Assembly: GCA_964016885.1 (NCBI GenBank)
Contig: OZ024742.1
Coordinates: forward strand, 362,576,001-362,640,000
Reading direction: 5' to 3'
DNA length: 64,000 nucleotides
DNA from: Eledone cirrhosa
Lineage: Eukaryota
A program made the translations under genes and the position numbers. The notes beneath the pieces were generated by a model that searched no databases, was not told where the DNA came from, and was given only the letters and a program-made list of their open reading frames with translations. Positions 22,834-35,920 of this stretch are shown piece after piece (the stretch's first letter is position 1; each line of letters opens with the position of its first letter).

Positions 22834-25093
22834 TGTGTGTGTGTCAGTTAGTGTTAAGGTGTGAGTGTGTGTGTCAGTTAGTGTTAAGGTGTGTATGTGT
22901 GAGTGTGTCTGTCTGTTAGTGATAAGGTGTGTGTGTGAGTGTGTCTGTCTGCTAGTGTTAAAGTGTGTGTGTGTGAGTGTGCGTGTCAGTTAGTGTTAAG
23001 GTGTGTAAGTGTGTCTGTCTGTTAGTGTTAAGGTGTGTGTGTGAGTGTGTCTGTCTGCTAGTGTTAAGGTGTGTGTGTGAGTGTGTCTGTCTGCTAGTGT
23101 TAAGGTGTGTGTGTGTGAGTGTGTGTGTCAGTTAGTGTTAAGGTATGTGTGTGTGAGGGTGTCTGTCTGCTATTGTTAAGGTGTGTATGTGAGTGTGTCT
23201 GTCTGTTAGTGTTAAGGAGTGTATGTGTGTATGTGTCTGTCTGTTAGTGTTAAGGTGTGTGTGTGTGTGTGTGTGTGTGTCAGTTAGTGTTAAGGTGTGT
23301 ATGTGTGAGTGTGTCTGTCTGTTAGTGTTAAGGTGTGTATGTGTGAGTGTGTTAGTGTTAAGGGGTGTGTGTGAGTGTGTCTGTCTGTTAGTGTTAAGGT
23401 GTGTATGTGTGTGTGTGTCTGTCAGTTAGTGTTAAGGTGTGTATGCGTGAGTGTGTCTGTCTATTAGTGTTAAGGTGTGTGTGTGAGTGTGTCGGTCTGC
23501 TAGTGTTAAGGTGTGTGTGTGTGAGTGTGTGTGTCAGTTAGTGTTAAGGTGTGTATGTGTGAGTGTGTCTGTCTGTTAGTGTTAAGGTGTGTGTGTGAGT
23601 GTGTCTGTCTGTTAGTGTTAAGGTGTGTGTGTGAGTGTGTCTGTCTGCTAGTGTTAAGGTGTGTGTGTGTGAGTGTGTGTGTCAGTTAGTGTTAAGGTAT
23701 GTGTGTGTGAGTGTGTCGGTCTGTTAGTGTTAAGTGTGTGTGTGTGAGTGTGTCTGTCTGTTAGTGTTAAGGTGTGTATGTGTCTGTCTGTTAGTGTTAA
23801 GGTGTGTGTGTGTGTGTGTGTGTCAGTTAGTGTTAAGGTGTGTATGTGTGAGTGTGTCTGTCTGTTAGTGTTAAGGTGTGTATGTGTGAGTGTGTTAGTG
23901 TTAAGGGGTGTGTGTGAGTGTGTCTGTCTGTTAGTGTTAAGGTGTGTATGTGTGTGTGTGTCTGTCTGTTAGTGTTAAGGTGTGTATGTGTGAGTGTGTC
24001 TGTCTGTTAGTGTTAAGGTGTGTATGTGTGAGTGTGTCTGTCTGTTAGTGTTAAGATGTGTATGTGTGAGTGTGTTTGTTTGTTCCTGTTAAGGTGTATG
24101 TGTGAGTGTGTCTGTCTGTTAGTGTTAAGTGTGTGTGTGTCTGTCTGTTAGTGTTAAGGTGTGTATGTGTGAGTGTGTTAGTGTTAAGATGTGTCTGTGT
24201 GAGTGTGTCTGTCTGTTAGTGTTAAGTGTGTGTGTGTCTGTCAGTTAGTGTTAAGGGGTGTGTGTGAGTGTGTTTGTCTGTTAGTGTTAAGGTGTGTATT
24301 TGTGTGTGTGTCTGTCTGTTAGTGTTAAGGTGTGTATGTGTGTGTGTGTCTGTCTGTTAGTGTTAAGATGTGTCTGTGAGTGTGTCTGTCTGTTAGTGTC
24401 AAGGTGTGTATGTGTGACTGTGTCTGTCTGTTCCTGTTAAGGTGTGTGTGTGTCTGTCTGTTAGTGTTAAGGTGTGTGTGTGTGTGTGTGTGTCAGTTAG
24501 TGTTAAGGTGTGTATGTGTGAGTGTGTCTGTCTGTTAGTATTAAGGTGTGTATGTGTGAGTGTGTTAGTGTTAAGGGGTGTGTGTGAGTGTGTCTGTCTG
24601 TTAGTGTTAAGGTGTGTATGTGTGTGTGTGTCTGTCTGTTAGTGTTAAGGTGTGTATGTGTGTGTGTGTCTGTCTGTTAGTGTTAATATGTGTGTGTGAG
24701 TGCGTCTGTCTGTTAGTGTTAAGGTGTGTATGTGTGAGTGTGTCTGTCTGTTAGTGTTAAGGTGTGTATGTGTGAGTGTGTTAGTGTTAAGGTGTGTGTG
24801 TGAGTGTGTCTGTCTGTTAGTGTTAAGGCGTGTATGCGTGAGTGTGTCTGTCTGTTAGTGTTAAGGTGTGTATGTGTTAGTGTTAAGGTGTGTGTGTGAG
24901 TGTGTCTGTCTGTTAGTGTTAAGGTGTGTATGCGTGAGCGTGTCTGCCTGTTAGTGTTAAGGTGTGTGTGTGTCTGTCTGTTAGTTTTAAGGTGTGTATG
25001 TGAGTGTGTCTGTCTATTAGTGTTAAGGTGTGTATGCGTGAGTGTGTCTGTCTGTTAGTGTTAAGGTGTGTGTGTGTCTGTCTGTTAGTGTTA

Positions 25094-25136
<43 letters not shown>

Positions 25137-28039
25137 TGTCTGTTAGTGTTAAGGTGTGTTTATATGAGTGTGTCTGTATGTTAGTGTTAAGGTGTGTATG
25201 TGTGAGTGTGTCTGTCTGTTAGTGTTAAGGTGTGTGTGTGTGTTTTAGTGTTAAGTTGTGTGTGTGAGTGTGTCTGTCTGTTAGTGTTAAGGTGTGTGTG
25301 TGTGTGTGTGTGTGTGTTAGTGTTAAGGTGTGTGTGTGAGTCTGTCTGTCTGTTAGTGTTAAGGTGTCTGTGTGAGTGTGTCTGTCAGTTAGTGTTAAGG
25401 TGTGTGTGTGTGTGTTTGTCTGTTAGAGTTAAGGTGTGTGTGTGAGTGTGCCTGTTTGTTAGTGTTAAGGTGTGTGTGTGAGTGTGTCTGTCTGTTATTG
25501 TTAAGGTGTGTCTGTGAGTGTGTCTGTCTATTAGTGTTAAGGTGTATGTGTGAGTGTGTCTGTCTGTTAGTGTTAAGGTGTGTGTGTGAATGTGTCTGTC
25601 TGTTAGTGTTAAGTTGTGTTGTGTGAGTGTGTCTGTCTGTTAGTGTTAAGGTGTGTGTGTGAATGTGTCTGTCTGTTAGTGTTAAGGTGTGTGAGTGTGT
25701 GTGTGTCTCAGTTAGTGTTAAGGTGTGTATGTGTAAGTGTGTCTGTCTGTTAGTCTTAAGGTGTATGTGTTAGTCTGTCTGTTAGTGTTAAGGTGTATGT
25801 GTGAGTGTGTTTGTGGGTGTGAGTTTGTGTTAAGGTGTGTATGTGTGTGTGTATGTGTGTCTGTCTGTTAGTGTTAAAGTGTGTGTGTGTGAGTGTGCGT
25901 GTCAGTTAGTGTTAAGGTGTGTAAGTGTGTCTGTCTGTTAGTGTTAAGGTGTGTGTGTGAGTGTGTCTGTCTGCTAGTGTTAAGGTGTGTGTGTGAGTGT
26001 GTGTGTGTTTTAGTGTTAAGGTGTGAGTGTGTCTGTCTGCTAGTGTTAAGGTGTGTGTGTGAGTGTGTCTGTCTGCTAGTGTTAAGGTGTGTGTGTGTGA
26101 GTGTGTGTGTCAGTTAGTGTTAAGGTATGTGTGTGTGAGGGTGTCTGTCTGCTATTGTTAAGGTGTGTATGTGAGTGTGTCTGTCTGTTAGTGTTAAGGA
26201 GTGTATGTGTGTATGTGTCTGTCTGTTAGTGTTAAGGTGTGTGTGTGTGTGTGTGTGTGTGTCAGTTAGTGTTAAGGTGTGTATGTGTGAGTGTGTCTGT
26301 CTGTTAGTGTTAAGGTGTGTATGTGTGAGTGTGTTAGTGTTAAGGGGTGTGTGTGAGTGTGTCTGTCTGTCAGTGTTAAGGTGTGTATGTGTGTGTGTGT
26401 CTGTCAGTTAGTGTTAAGGTGTGTATGTGTGAGTGTGTCTGTCTATTAGTGTTAAGGTGTGTGTGTGAGTGTGTCGGTCTGCTAGTGTTAAGGTGTGTGT
26501 GTGTGAGTGTGTGTGTCAGTTAGTGTTAAGGTGTGTATGTGTGAGTGTGTCTGTCTGTTAGTGTTAAGGTGTGTGTATGAGTGTGTCTGTCTGTTAGTGT
26601 TAAGGTGTGTGTGTGAGTGTGTCTGTCTGCTAGTGTTAAGGTGTGTGTGTGTGAGTGTGTGTGTCAGTTAGTGTTAAGGTATGTGTGTGTGAGTGTGTCG
26701 GTCTGTTAGTGTTAAGTGTGTGTGTGTGAGTGTGTCTGTCTGTTAGTGTTAAGGTGTGTATGTGTCTGTCTGTTAGTGTTAAGGTGTGTATGTGTGAGTG
26801 TGTCTGTCTGTTAGTGTTAAGGTGTGTATGTGTGAGTGTGTTAGTGTTAAGGGGTGTGTGTGAGTGTGTCTGTCTGTTAGTGTTAAGGTGTGTACGTGTG
26901 TGTGTGTCTGTCTGTTAGTGTTAAGGTGTGTATGTGTGAGTGTGTCTGTCTGTTAGTGTTAAGGTGTGTATGTGTGAGTGTGTCTGTCTGTTAGTGTTAA
27001 GATGTGTATGTGTGAGTGTGTTTGTTTGTTCCTGTTAAGGTGTATGTGTGAGTGTGTCTGTCTGTTAGTGTTAAGTGTGTGTGTGTCTGTCTGTTAGTGT
27101 TAAGGTGTGTATGTGTGAGTGTGTTAGTGTTAAGATGTGTCTGTGTGAGTGTGTCTGTCTGTTAGTGTTAAGTGTGTGTGTGTCTGTCAGTTAGTGTTAA
27201 GGGGTGTGTGTGAGTGTGTTTGTCTGTTAGTGTTAAGGTGTGTATTTGTGTGTGTGTCTGTCTGTTAGTGTTAAGGTGTGTATGTGTGTGTGTGTCTGTC
27301 TGTTAGTGTTAAGATGTGTCTGTGAGTGTGTCTGTCTGTTAGTGTCAAGGTGTGTATGTGTGACTGTGTCTGTCTGTTCCTGTTAAGGTGTGTGTGTGTC
27401 TGTCTGTTAGTGTTAAGGTGTGTGTGTGTGTGTGTGTGTCAGTTAGTGTTAAGGTGTGTATGTGTGAGTGTGTCTGTCTGTTAGTATTAAGGTGTGTATG
27501 TGTGAGTGTGTTAGTGTTAAGGGGTGTGTGTGAGTGTGTCTGTCTGTTAGTGTTAAGGTGTGTATGTGTGTGTGTGTCTGTCTGTTAGTGTTAAGGTGTG
27601 TATCTGTGTGTGTGTCTGTCTGTTAGTGTTAATATGTGTGTGTGAGTGCGTCTGTCTGTTAGTGTTAAGGTGTGTATGTGTGAGTGTGTCTGTCTGTTAG
27701 TGTTAAGGTGTGTATGTGTGAGTGTGTTAGTGTTAAGGTGTGTGTGTGAGTGTGTCTGCCTGTTAGTGTTAAGGCGTGTATGCGTGAGTGTGTCTGTCTG
27801 TTAGTGTTAAGGTGTGTATGTGTTAGTGTTAAGGTGTGTGTGTGAGTGTGTCTGTCTGTTAGTGTTAAGGTGTGTATGCGTGAGCGTGTCTGCCTGTTAG
27901 TGTTAAGGTGTGTGTGTGTCTGTCTGTTAGTTTTAAGGTGTGTATGTGAGTGTGTCTGTCTATTAGTGTTAAGGTGTGTATGCGTGAGTGTGTCTGTCTG
28001 TTAGTGTTAAGGTGTGTGTGTGTCTGTCTGTTAGTGTTA

Positions 28040-28078
<39 letters not shown>

Positions 28079-29804
28079 TGTCTGTTAGTGTTAAGGTGTG
28101 TTTATGTGAGTGTGTCTGTATGTTAGTGTTAAGGTGTGTATGTGTGAGTGTGTCTGTCTGTTAGTGTTAAGGTGTGTGTGTGTGTTTTAGTGTTAAGTTG
28201 TGTGTGTGAGTGTGTCTGTCTGTTAGTGTTAAGGTGTGTGTGTGTGTGTGTGTGTGTTAGTGTTAAGGTGTGTGTGTGAGTCTGTCTGTCTGTTAGTGTT
28301 AAGGTGTCTGTGTGAGTGTGTCTGTCAGTTAGTGTTAAGGTGTGTGTGTGTGTGTTTGTCTGTTAGAGTTAAGGTGTGTGTGTGAGTGTGCCTGTTTGTT
28401 AGTGTTAAGGTGTGTGTGTGAGTGTGTCTGTCTGTTATTGTTAAGGTGTGTCTGTGAGTGTGTCTGTCTATTAGTGTTAAGGTGTATGTGTGAGTGTGTC
28501 TGTCTGTTAGTGTTAAGGTGTGTGTGTGAATGTGTCTGTCTGTTAGTGTTAAGTTGTGTTGTGTGAGTGTGTCTGTCTGTTAGTGTTAAGGTGTGTGTGT
28601 GAATGTGTCTGTCTGTTAGTGTTAAGGTGTGTGTGTGAGTGTGTGTGTGTCTCAGTTAGTGTTAAGGTGTGTATGTGTAAGTGTGTCTGTCTGTTAGTCT
28701 TAAGGTGTATGTGTTAGTCTGTCTGTTAGTGTTAAGGTGTATGTGTGAGTGTGTTTGTGGGTGTGAGTTTGTGTTAAGGTGTGTATGTGTGTGTGTATGT
28801 GTGTCTGTCTGTTAGTGTTAATGTGTGTATGTGTGAGTGTGGCTATCTGTTAGTGTTAAGGTGTGTGTGTGAGTGTGTGTGTGTGTGTTAGTTAGTGTTA
28901 AGGTGTGTGTGTGAGTCTGTCTATCTGTTACTTTTAGGGTGTGTATGTGTGAGTGTGTCTGTCTGTTAGTGTTAAGGTGTATATGTGTATGTTTCTGTCT
29001 GCTAGTGTTAAGGTGTGTGTGTGTGTGTGTGTGTCTGTCTGTTAGTGTTAAGCTCGGTATGTGAGTGTGTCTGTCTGTTAGAGTTAAGGTGTGTGTGTGA
29101 GTGTGCCTGCGTGTGAGTGTTAAAGTGTGTGTGTGTGATGGTGTCTGTCTGTTAGTGTTAAGGTGTGTGTGAGTGTGTGTGGCTGTCTGTTAGTGTTAAG
29201 GTGTGTGTGAGTGTGTGTGTGTGTCAGTTAGTGTTAAGGTGTGTGTGTGTGTGTCTGTCTGTTAGTGTTAAGGTGTGTATGTGTGAGTGTGTCTGTCTGT
29301 TAGTTTTAAGGTGTGTATATGTGAGTGTGTCTGTCTGTTAGTGTTAAGGTGTGTATGTTTGTGTGTTTGTCTGGTAGTGTTAAGGTGTGTGTGTGTGTGT
29401 GTCTGTCTGTTAGTGTTAAGGTGTGTATGTGCGAGTGTGTCTGTCTGTTAGTGTTAAGGTGTATATGGGTGTGTGTCTGTCTGTTAGTGTTAAGGTCTGT
29501 GTGTGTGTGTGTGTCTGTCAGTTAGTGTTAAGGTGTGTATGTGTGAGTGTGTCTGTCTGTTAGTTTTAAGGTCTGTATATGTGAGTGTGTCTGTCTGTTA
29601 GTGTTAAGGTGTGTGTGTGAGTGTGTCCGTCTGTTAGTGTTAAGGTGTATTGGGTGTGTGTCTGTCTGTTAGTGTTAAGGTGTGTGTGTGTGTGTGTCTG
29701 TCTGTTAGTGTTAAGGTGTGTGTGTGGTGAGTGTGAGTGTCTCTCAGTTACGGTTAAGGTGTGTGTGTGAGTGTGTCTGTCTGTTAGTGTTAAGGTGTGT
29801 GTGT

Positions 29805-29852
<48 letters not shown>

Positions 29853-32800
29853 GTGTGTGTGTGTGTTTTAGTGTTAAGGCGTGTGTGTCATTGTGTCTGT
29901 CTGTTTGTGTTAAGGTGTGTGTGTGAGTGTGTCCGTCTGTTAGTGTTAAGGTGTGTGTGTGAGTGTTTGTCTGTTAGTGTTACGGTGTGTGTGTGTGTGT
30001 GTATGTCTGTCTATTAGTTTTATGGTGTGTGTGTGTGTGTTAGTGTTAAGGTGTGTGTGTGAGTGTGTCTGTCTGTTAGTGTTAAGGTGTGTATGTGTGT
30101 GTGTTAGTGTTAAGGTGTGTGTGTGAGTGTGTCTGTATGTTAGTGTTTAGGTGTGTGTGAGTGTGTCTGTCTGTTAGTGTTAAGGTGTGTGTGTGAATGT
30201 GTCTGTCTGTTAGTGTTAAGGTGTGTGTGTGAGTGTGTGTGTGTCTCAGTTAGTGTTAGGGTGTGTATATGTAACTGTGTCTGTCTGTTAGTCTTAAGGT
30301 GTATGTGTGAGTCTGTCTGTTAGTGTTAAGGTGTGTGTGTGAGTGTGTGTGTGTCGCAGTTAGTGTTAAGGTGTATATGTGATTGTGTCTGTCTGTTAGT
30401 GTTAAGGTGTGTGTGTGTGAGTGTGTCTGTCTGTTAGTGTTAAGGTGTGTATGTGTGAGTGTGTCTGCCTGTTAGTGTTAAGGTGTGTGTGTGAGTGTGT
30501 CTGTCTGTTAGTGTTAAGATGAGTGTGTGAGTGTGTCTCTCTGTTAGTGTTAAGGTGTGTGTGTGAGTGTGTCTGTCTGTTAGTGTTAAGGTGTGTGTGT
30601 GAGTGTGCCTGTCTGTTAGTGTTAAGGTGTGTGTGTGAGTGTGTATGTCTGTTAATGTTAAGGTGTGTATGTGTGAGTGTGTCTGTCTGTTAGTGTTAAG
30701 GTGTGTGTGTGTGTGTTAGTGTTAAGGTGTGTGTGTGAGTGTGTCTGTCTGTTATTGTTAAGGTGTGTGTGTGAGTGTGCCTGTCTGTTAGTCTTAAGGT
30801 GTGTGTGTGAGTGTGTCTGTCTGTTAGTATTAAGGTGTGTGTGTGTGAGTGTGTCTGTCTGTTAGTGTTAAGGTGTGTGTGTGTGTGTGTTAGTGTTAAG
30901 GTGTGTGTGTGAGTGTGTCTGTCTGTTATTGTTAAGGTGTGTGTGTGAGTGTGTCTGTCTGTTAGTATTAAGGTGTGTGTGTGAGTGTGTCTGTCTGTTA
31001 GTGTTAAGGTGTGTGTGTGAATGTGTCTGTCTGTTAGTGTTAAGGTGTGTGTGTGAATGTGTCTGTCTGTTAGTGTTAAGGTGTGTATGTGAGTGTGTGT
31101 GTGTGTCTCAGTTAGTGTTAAGGTGTGTATGTGTAAGTGTGTCTGTCTGTTAGTCTTAAGGTGTATGTGTGAGTCTGTCTGTTAGTGGTAAGGTGTATGT
31201 GTGAGTGTGTGAGTTTGTGTTAAGGTGTGTATGTGTGTCTGTGTGTGTCTGTCTGTTAAGGTGTGTGTGTGAGTGTGTCTGTCTGTTAGTGTTAAGGTGT
31301 GTGTGTGAGTGTGTCTGTTAGTTAGTGTTAAGGTGTGTATGTGTGAGTGTGTCTGCCTGTTAGTGTTAAGGTGTGTATGTGTGAGTGTGGCTGTCTGTTA
31401 GTGTTAAGGTGTGTGTGTGAGTGTGTCTGTCTGTTAGTTTTAAGGTGTGTACGTGTGAGTGTGTCTGTCTGTTAGTTTCAAAATGTGTATGTGTGAGTGT
31501 GTCAGCCTGTTAGTGTTAAGGTGTATATGTGAGTGTGTCTGTCTGTTAGTGATAAGGTGTGTGTGTGTTAGTGTGTCTGTCTGTTAGTGTTAAGGTGTGC
31601 ATGTGTGAGTGTGTTTGCCTGTTAGTGTTAAGGTGTGTGTGTGAGTGTGTCTGTCTGTTAGTGTTAAGGTGTGTATGTGTGAGTGTGGCTGTCTGTTAGT
31701 GTTAAGGTGTGTATGTGTGTGTGTTAGTGTTAAGGTGTGTCTGTGAGTGTGTCTGTCTGTTAGTGTTAAGGTGTGTGTGTGAGTGTGTCTCTCTGTTAGT
31801 GTTAAGGTGTGTGTGTGAGTGTGTCTGTCTGTTAGTGTTAAGGTGTGTGTGTGAGTGTGTCTGTCTGTTAGTGTTAAGGTGTGTGTGTGTGAGTGTTAGT
31901 GTTAAGGTGCTTGTGTGAGTGTGTCTGTCTGTTAGTGTTAAGGTGTGTGTGTGAGTGTGTCTGTCTGTTAGTGTTAAGTTGTGTGTGTGTGTGTGTCTGT
32001 CAGTTAGTGTTAAGGTGTGTGTGTGAGTGTGTCTGTCTGTTAGTGTTAAGGTGTGTGTGTGTGAGTGTTAGTGTTTAAGGTGCTTGTGTGAGTGTGTCTG
32101 TCGGTTAGAGTTAAGGTGTGTGTGTGAATGTGTCTGTTTGTTAGTGTTAAGGTGTGTGTGTGAATGGGTCTGTCTGTTATTGTTAAGGTGTGTGTGTGAG
32201 TGTGCCTGTCTGTTAGTCTTAAGGTGTGTGTGTGAGTGTGTCTGTCTGTTAGTATTAAGGTGTGTGTGTGTGAGTGTGTCTGTCTGTTAGTGTTAAGGTG
32301 TGTGTGTGTGTGTGTTAGTGTTAAGGTGTGTGTGTGAGTGTGTCTGTCTGTTATTGTTAAGGTGTGTGTGTGAGTGTGTCTGTCTGTTAGTATTAAGGTG
32401 TGTGTGTGAGTGTGTCTGTCTGTTAGTGTTAAGGTGTGTGTGTGAATGTGTCTGTCTGTTAGTGTTAAGGTGTGTGTGTGAATGTGTCTGTCTGTTAGTG
32501 TTAAGGTGTGTATGTGAGTGTGTGTGTGTGTCTCAGTTAGTGTTAAGGTGTGTATGTGTAAGTGTGTCTGTCTGTTAGTCTTAAGGTGTATGTGTGAGTC
32601 TGTCTGTTAGTGGTAAGGTGTATGTGTGAGTGTGTGAGTTTGTGTTAAGGTGTGTATGTGTGTCTGTGTGTGTCTGTCTGTTAAGGTGTGTGTGTGAGAG
32701 TGTCTGTCTGTTAGTGTTAAGGTGTGTGTGTGAGTGTGTCTGTCAGTTAGTGTTAAGGTGTGTATGTGTGAGTGTGTCTGCCTGTTAGTGTTAAGGTGTG

Positions 32801-35800
32801 TATGTGTGAGTGTGGCTGTCTGTTAGTGTTAAGGTGTGTGTGTGAGTGTGTCTGTCTGTTAGTTTTAAGGTGTGTACGTGTGAGTGTGTCTGTCTGTTAG
32901 TTTCAAAATGTGTATGTGTGAGTGTGTCAGCCTGTTAGTGTTAAGGTGTATATGTGAGTGTGTCTGTCTGTTAGTGATAAGGTGTGTGTGTGTTAGTGTG
33001 TCTGTCTGTTAGTGTTAAGGTGTGCATGTGTGAGTGTGTTTGCCTGTTAGTGTTAAGGTGTGTGTGTGAGTGTGTCTGTCTGTTAGTGTTAAGGTGTGTA
33101 TGTGTGAGTGTGGCTGTCTGTTAGTGTTAAGGTGTGTATGTGTGTGTGTTAGTGTTAAGGTGTGTCTGTGAGTGTGTCTGTCTGTTAGTGTTAAGGTGTG
33201 TGTGTGAGTGTGTCTCTCTGTTAGTGTTAAGGTGTGTGTGTGAGTGTGTCTGTCTGTTAGTGTTAAGGTGTGTGTGTGAGTGTGTCTGTCTGTTAGTGTT
33301 AAGGTGTGTGTGTGTGAGTGTTAGTGTTAAGGTGCTTGTGTGAGTGTGTCTGTCTGTTAGTGTTAAGGTGTGTGTGTGAGTGTGTCTGTCTGTTAGTGTT
33401 AAGTTGTGTGTGTGTGTGTGTCTGTCAGTTAGTGTTAAGGTGTGTGTGTGAGTGTGTCTGTCTGTTAGTGTTAAGGTGTGTGTGTGTGAGTGTTAGTGTT
33501 TAAGGTGCTTGTGTGAGTGTGTCTGTCGGTTAGAGTTAAGGTGTGTGTGTGAATGTGTCTGTTTGTTAGTGTTAAGGTGTGTGTGTGAATGGGTCTGTCT
33601 GTTATTGTTAAGGTGTGTGTGTGAGTGTGCCTGTTTGTTAGTGTGAAGGTGTGTGTGTGAGTGTGTCTGTCTGTTATTGTTAAGGTGTGTGTGTGAGTGT
33701 GTCTGTCTGTTAGTGTTAAGGTGTGTGTGTGAGTGTGTCTGTCTGTTAGTGTTAAGGTGTGTGTGTGAGTGTGTCTGTCTGTTAGTGTTAAGGTGTGTGT
33801 GTGTGAGTGTTAGTGTTAAGGTGCTTGTGTGAGTGTGTCTGTCGGTTAGAGTTAAGGTGTGTGTGTGAATGTGTCTGTTTGTTAGTGTTAAGTTGTGTGT
33901 GTGAATGGGTCTGTCTGTTATTGTTAAGGTGTGTGTGTGAGTGTGCCTGTTTGTTAGTGTGAAGGTGTGTGTGTGAGTGTGTCTGTCTGTTATTGTTAAG
34001 GTGTGTGTGTGAGTGTGTCTGTCTGTTAGTGTTAAGGTGTGTGTGTGAATGTGTCTGTCTGTTAGTGTTAAGGTGTGTGTGTGAATGTGTCTGTCTGTTA
34101 GTGTTAAGGTGTGTGTGTGAGTGTGTGTGTCTCTCAGTTAGTGTTAAGGTGTGTATGTGTAAGTGTGTCTGTCTGTTAGTCTTAAGGTGTATGTGTGAGT
34201 GTGTTTGTGTGTGTGAGTTTGTGTTAAGGTGTGTATGTGTGTGTCTGTCTGTTAAGGTGTGTGTGTGAGTGTGTCTGCCTGTTAGTGTTAAGGTGTGTGT
34301 GTGAGTGTGTCTGTCGGTTAGAGTTAAGGTGTGTGTGTGAGTGTGTCTGTCTGTTATTGTTAAGGTGTGTGTGTGAGTGTGCCTGTTTGTTAGTGTGAAG
34401 GTGTGCGTGTGAGTGTGTCTGTCTGTTATTGTTAAGGTGTGTGTGTGAGTTTGTCTGTCTGTTACTGTTAAGGTGTGTGTGTGTGAGTGTGTCTGTCTGT
34501 TAGTGTTAAGGTGTGTGAGTGTGTGTGTCTGTCTGTTAGTGTTAAGGTGTGTATGTGTGAGTGTGTCTGTCTGTTAGTTTTAAGGTGTGTATATGTGAGT
34601 GTGTCTGTCTGTTAATGTTAAGGTGTGTATGTGTGTGTGTCTGTCTGGTAGAGTTAAGGTGTGTGTGTGTGTGTGTCTGTCTGTTAGTGTTAAGGTGTGT
34701 ATGCGTGAGTGTGTCTGTCTGTTAGTGTTAAGGTGTATATGGGTGTGTGTCTGTATGTTAGTGTTAAGGTGTGTGTGTGTGTGTGTGTGTGTCTGTCTGT
34801 CAGTTAGTGTTAAGGTGTGTATGTGTGAGTGTGTGTGTGTGTCAGTTAGTGTTAAAGTGTGTGTGTGAGTGTGTTTGTCTGTTAATGTTAAGGTGTGTAT
34901 CTGTGTGTGTTAGTGTCAAGGTGTGTGTGAGTGTGTCTGTCTGTTAGTGTTAAGGTGTGTATGTGTGTGTGTCTGTCTGTTAGTGTTAAGGTGTGTGTGT
35001 GGTGAGTGTGTGTGTGTCTCAGTTAGTGTTAAGGTGTGTGTGTGAGTGTGTCTGTATGTTATTGTTAAGGTGTGTGTGTGAGTGTGCCTGTTTGTTAGTG
35101 TGAAGGTGTGTGTGTGAGTGTGTCTGTCTGTTATTGTTAAGGTGTGTGTGTGAGTTTGTCTGTCTGTTAGTGTTAAGGTGTGTGTGTGTGAGTGTGTCTG
35201 TCTGTTAGTGTTAAGGTGTGTGAGTGTGTGTGTCTGTCTGTTAGTGTTAAGGTGTGTGAGTGTGTGTGTCTGTCTGTTAGTGTTAAGGTGTGTATGTGTG
35301 AGTGTGTCTGTTTGTTAGTTTTAAGGTGTGTATATGTGAGTGTGTCTGTCTGTTAATGTTAAGGTGTGTATGTGTGTGTGTCTGTCTGGTAGAGTTAAGG
35401 TGTGTGTGTGTGTGTGTCTGTCTGTTAGTGTTAAGGTGTGTATGTGTGAGTGTGTCTGTCTGTTAGTGTTAAGGTGTATATGGGAGTGTGTCTGTCTGTT
35501 AGTGTTAAGGTGTGTGTGTGTGTGTGTGTGTGTGTGTCTGTCTGTCAGTTAGTGTTAAGGTGTGTATGTGTGAGTGTGTGTGTGTGTCAGTTAGTGTTAA
35601 AGTGTGTGTGTGAGTGTGTTTGTCTGTTAATGTTAAGGTGTGTATCTGTGTGTGTTAGTGTCAAGGTGTGTGTGAGTGTGTCTGTCTGTTAGTGTTAAGG
35701 TGTGTATGTGTGTGTGTCTGTCTGTTAGTGTTAAGGTGTCTGTGTGGTGAGTGTGTGTGTGTCTCAGTTAGTGTTAAGGTGTGTGTGTGAGTGTGTCTGT

Positions 35801-35882
35801 CTGTTAGTGTTAAGGTGTGTGTGTGAGTGTTTGTCTGTTAGTGTTAAGGTGTGTGTGAGTGTATGTCTGTCTATTAGTGTTA

Positions 35883-35920
<38 letters not shown>
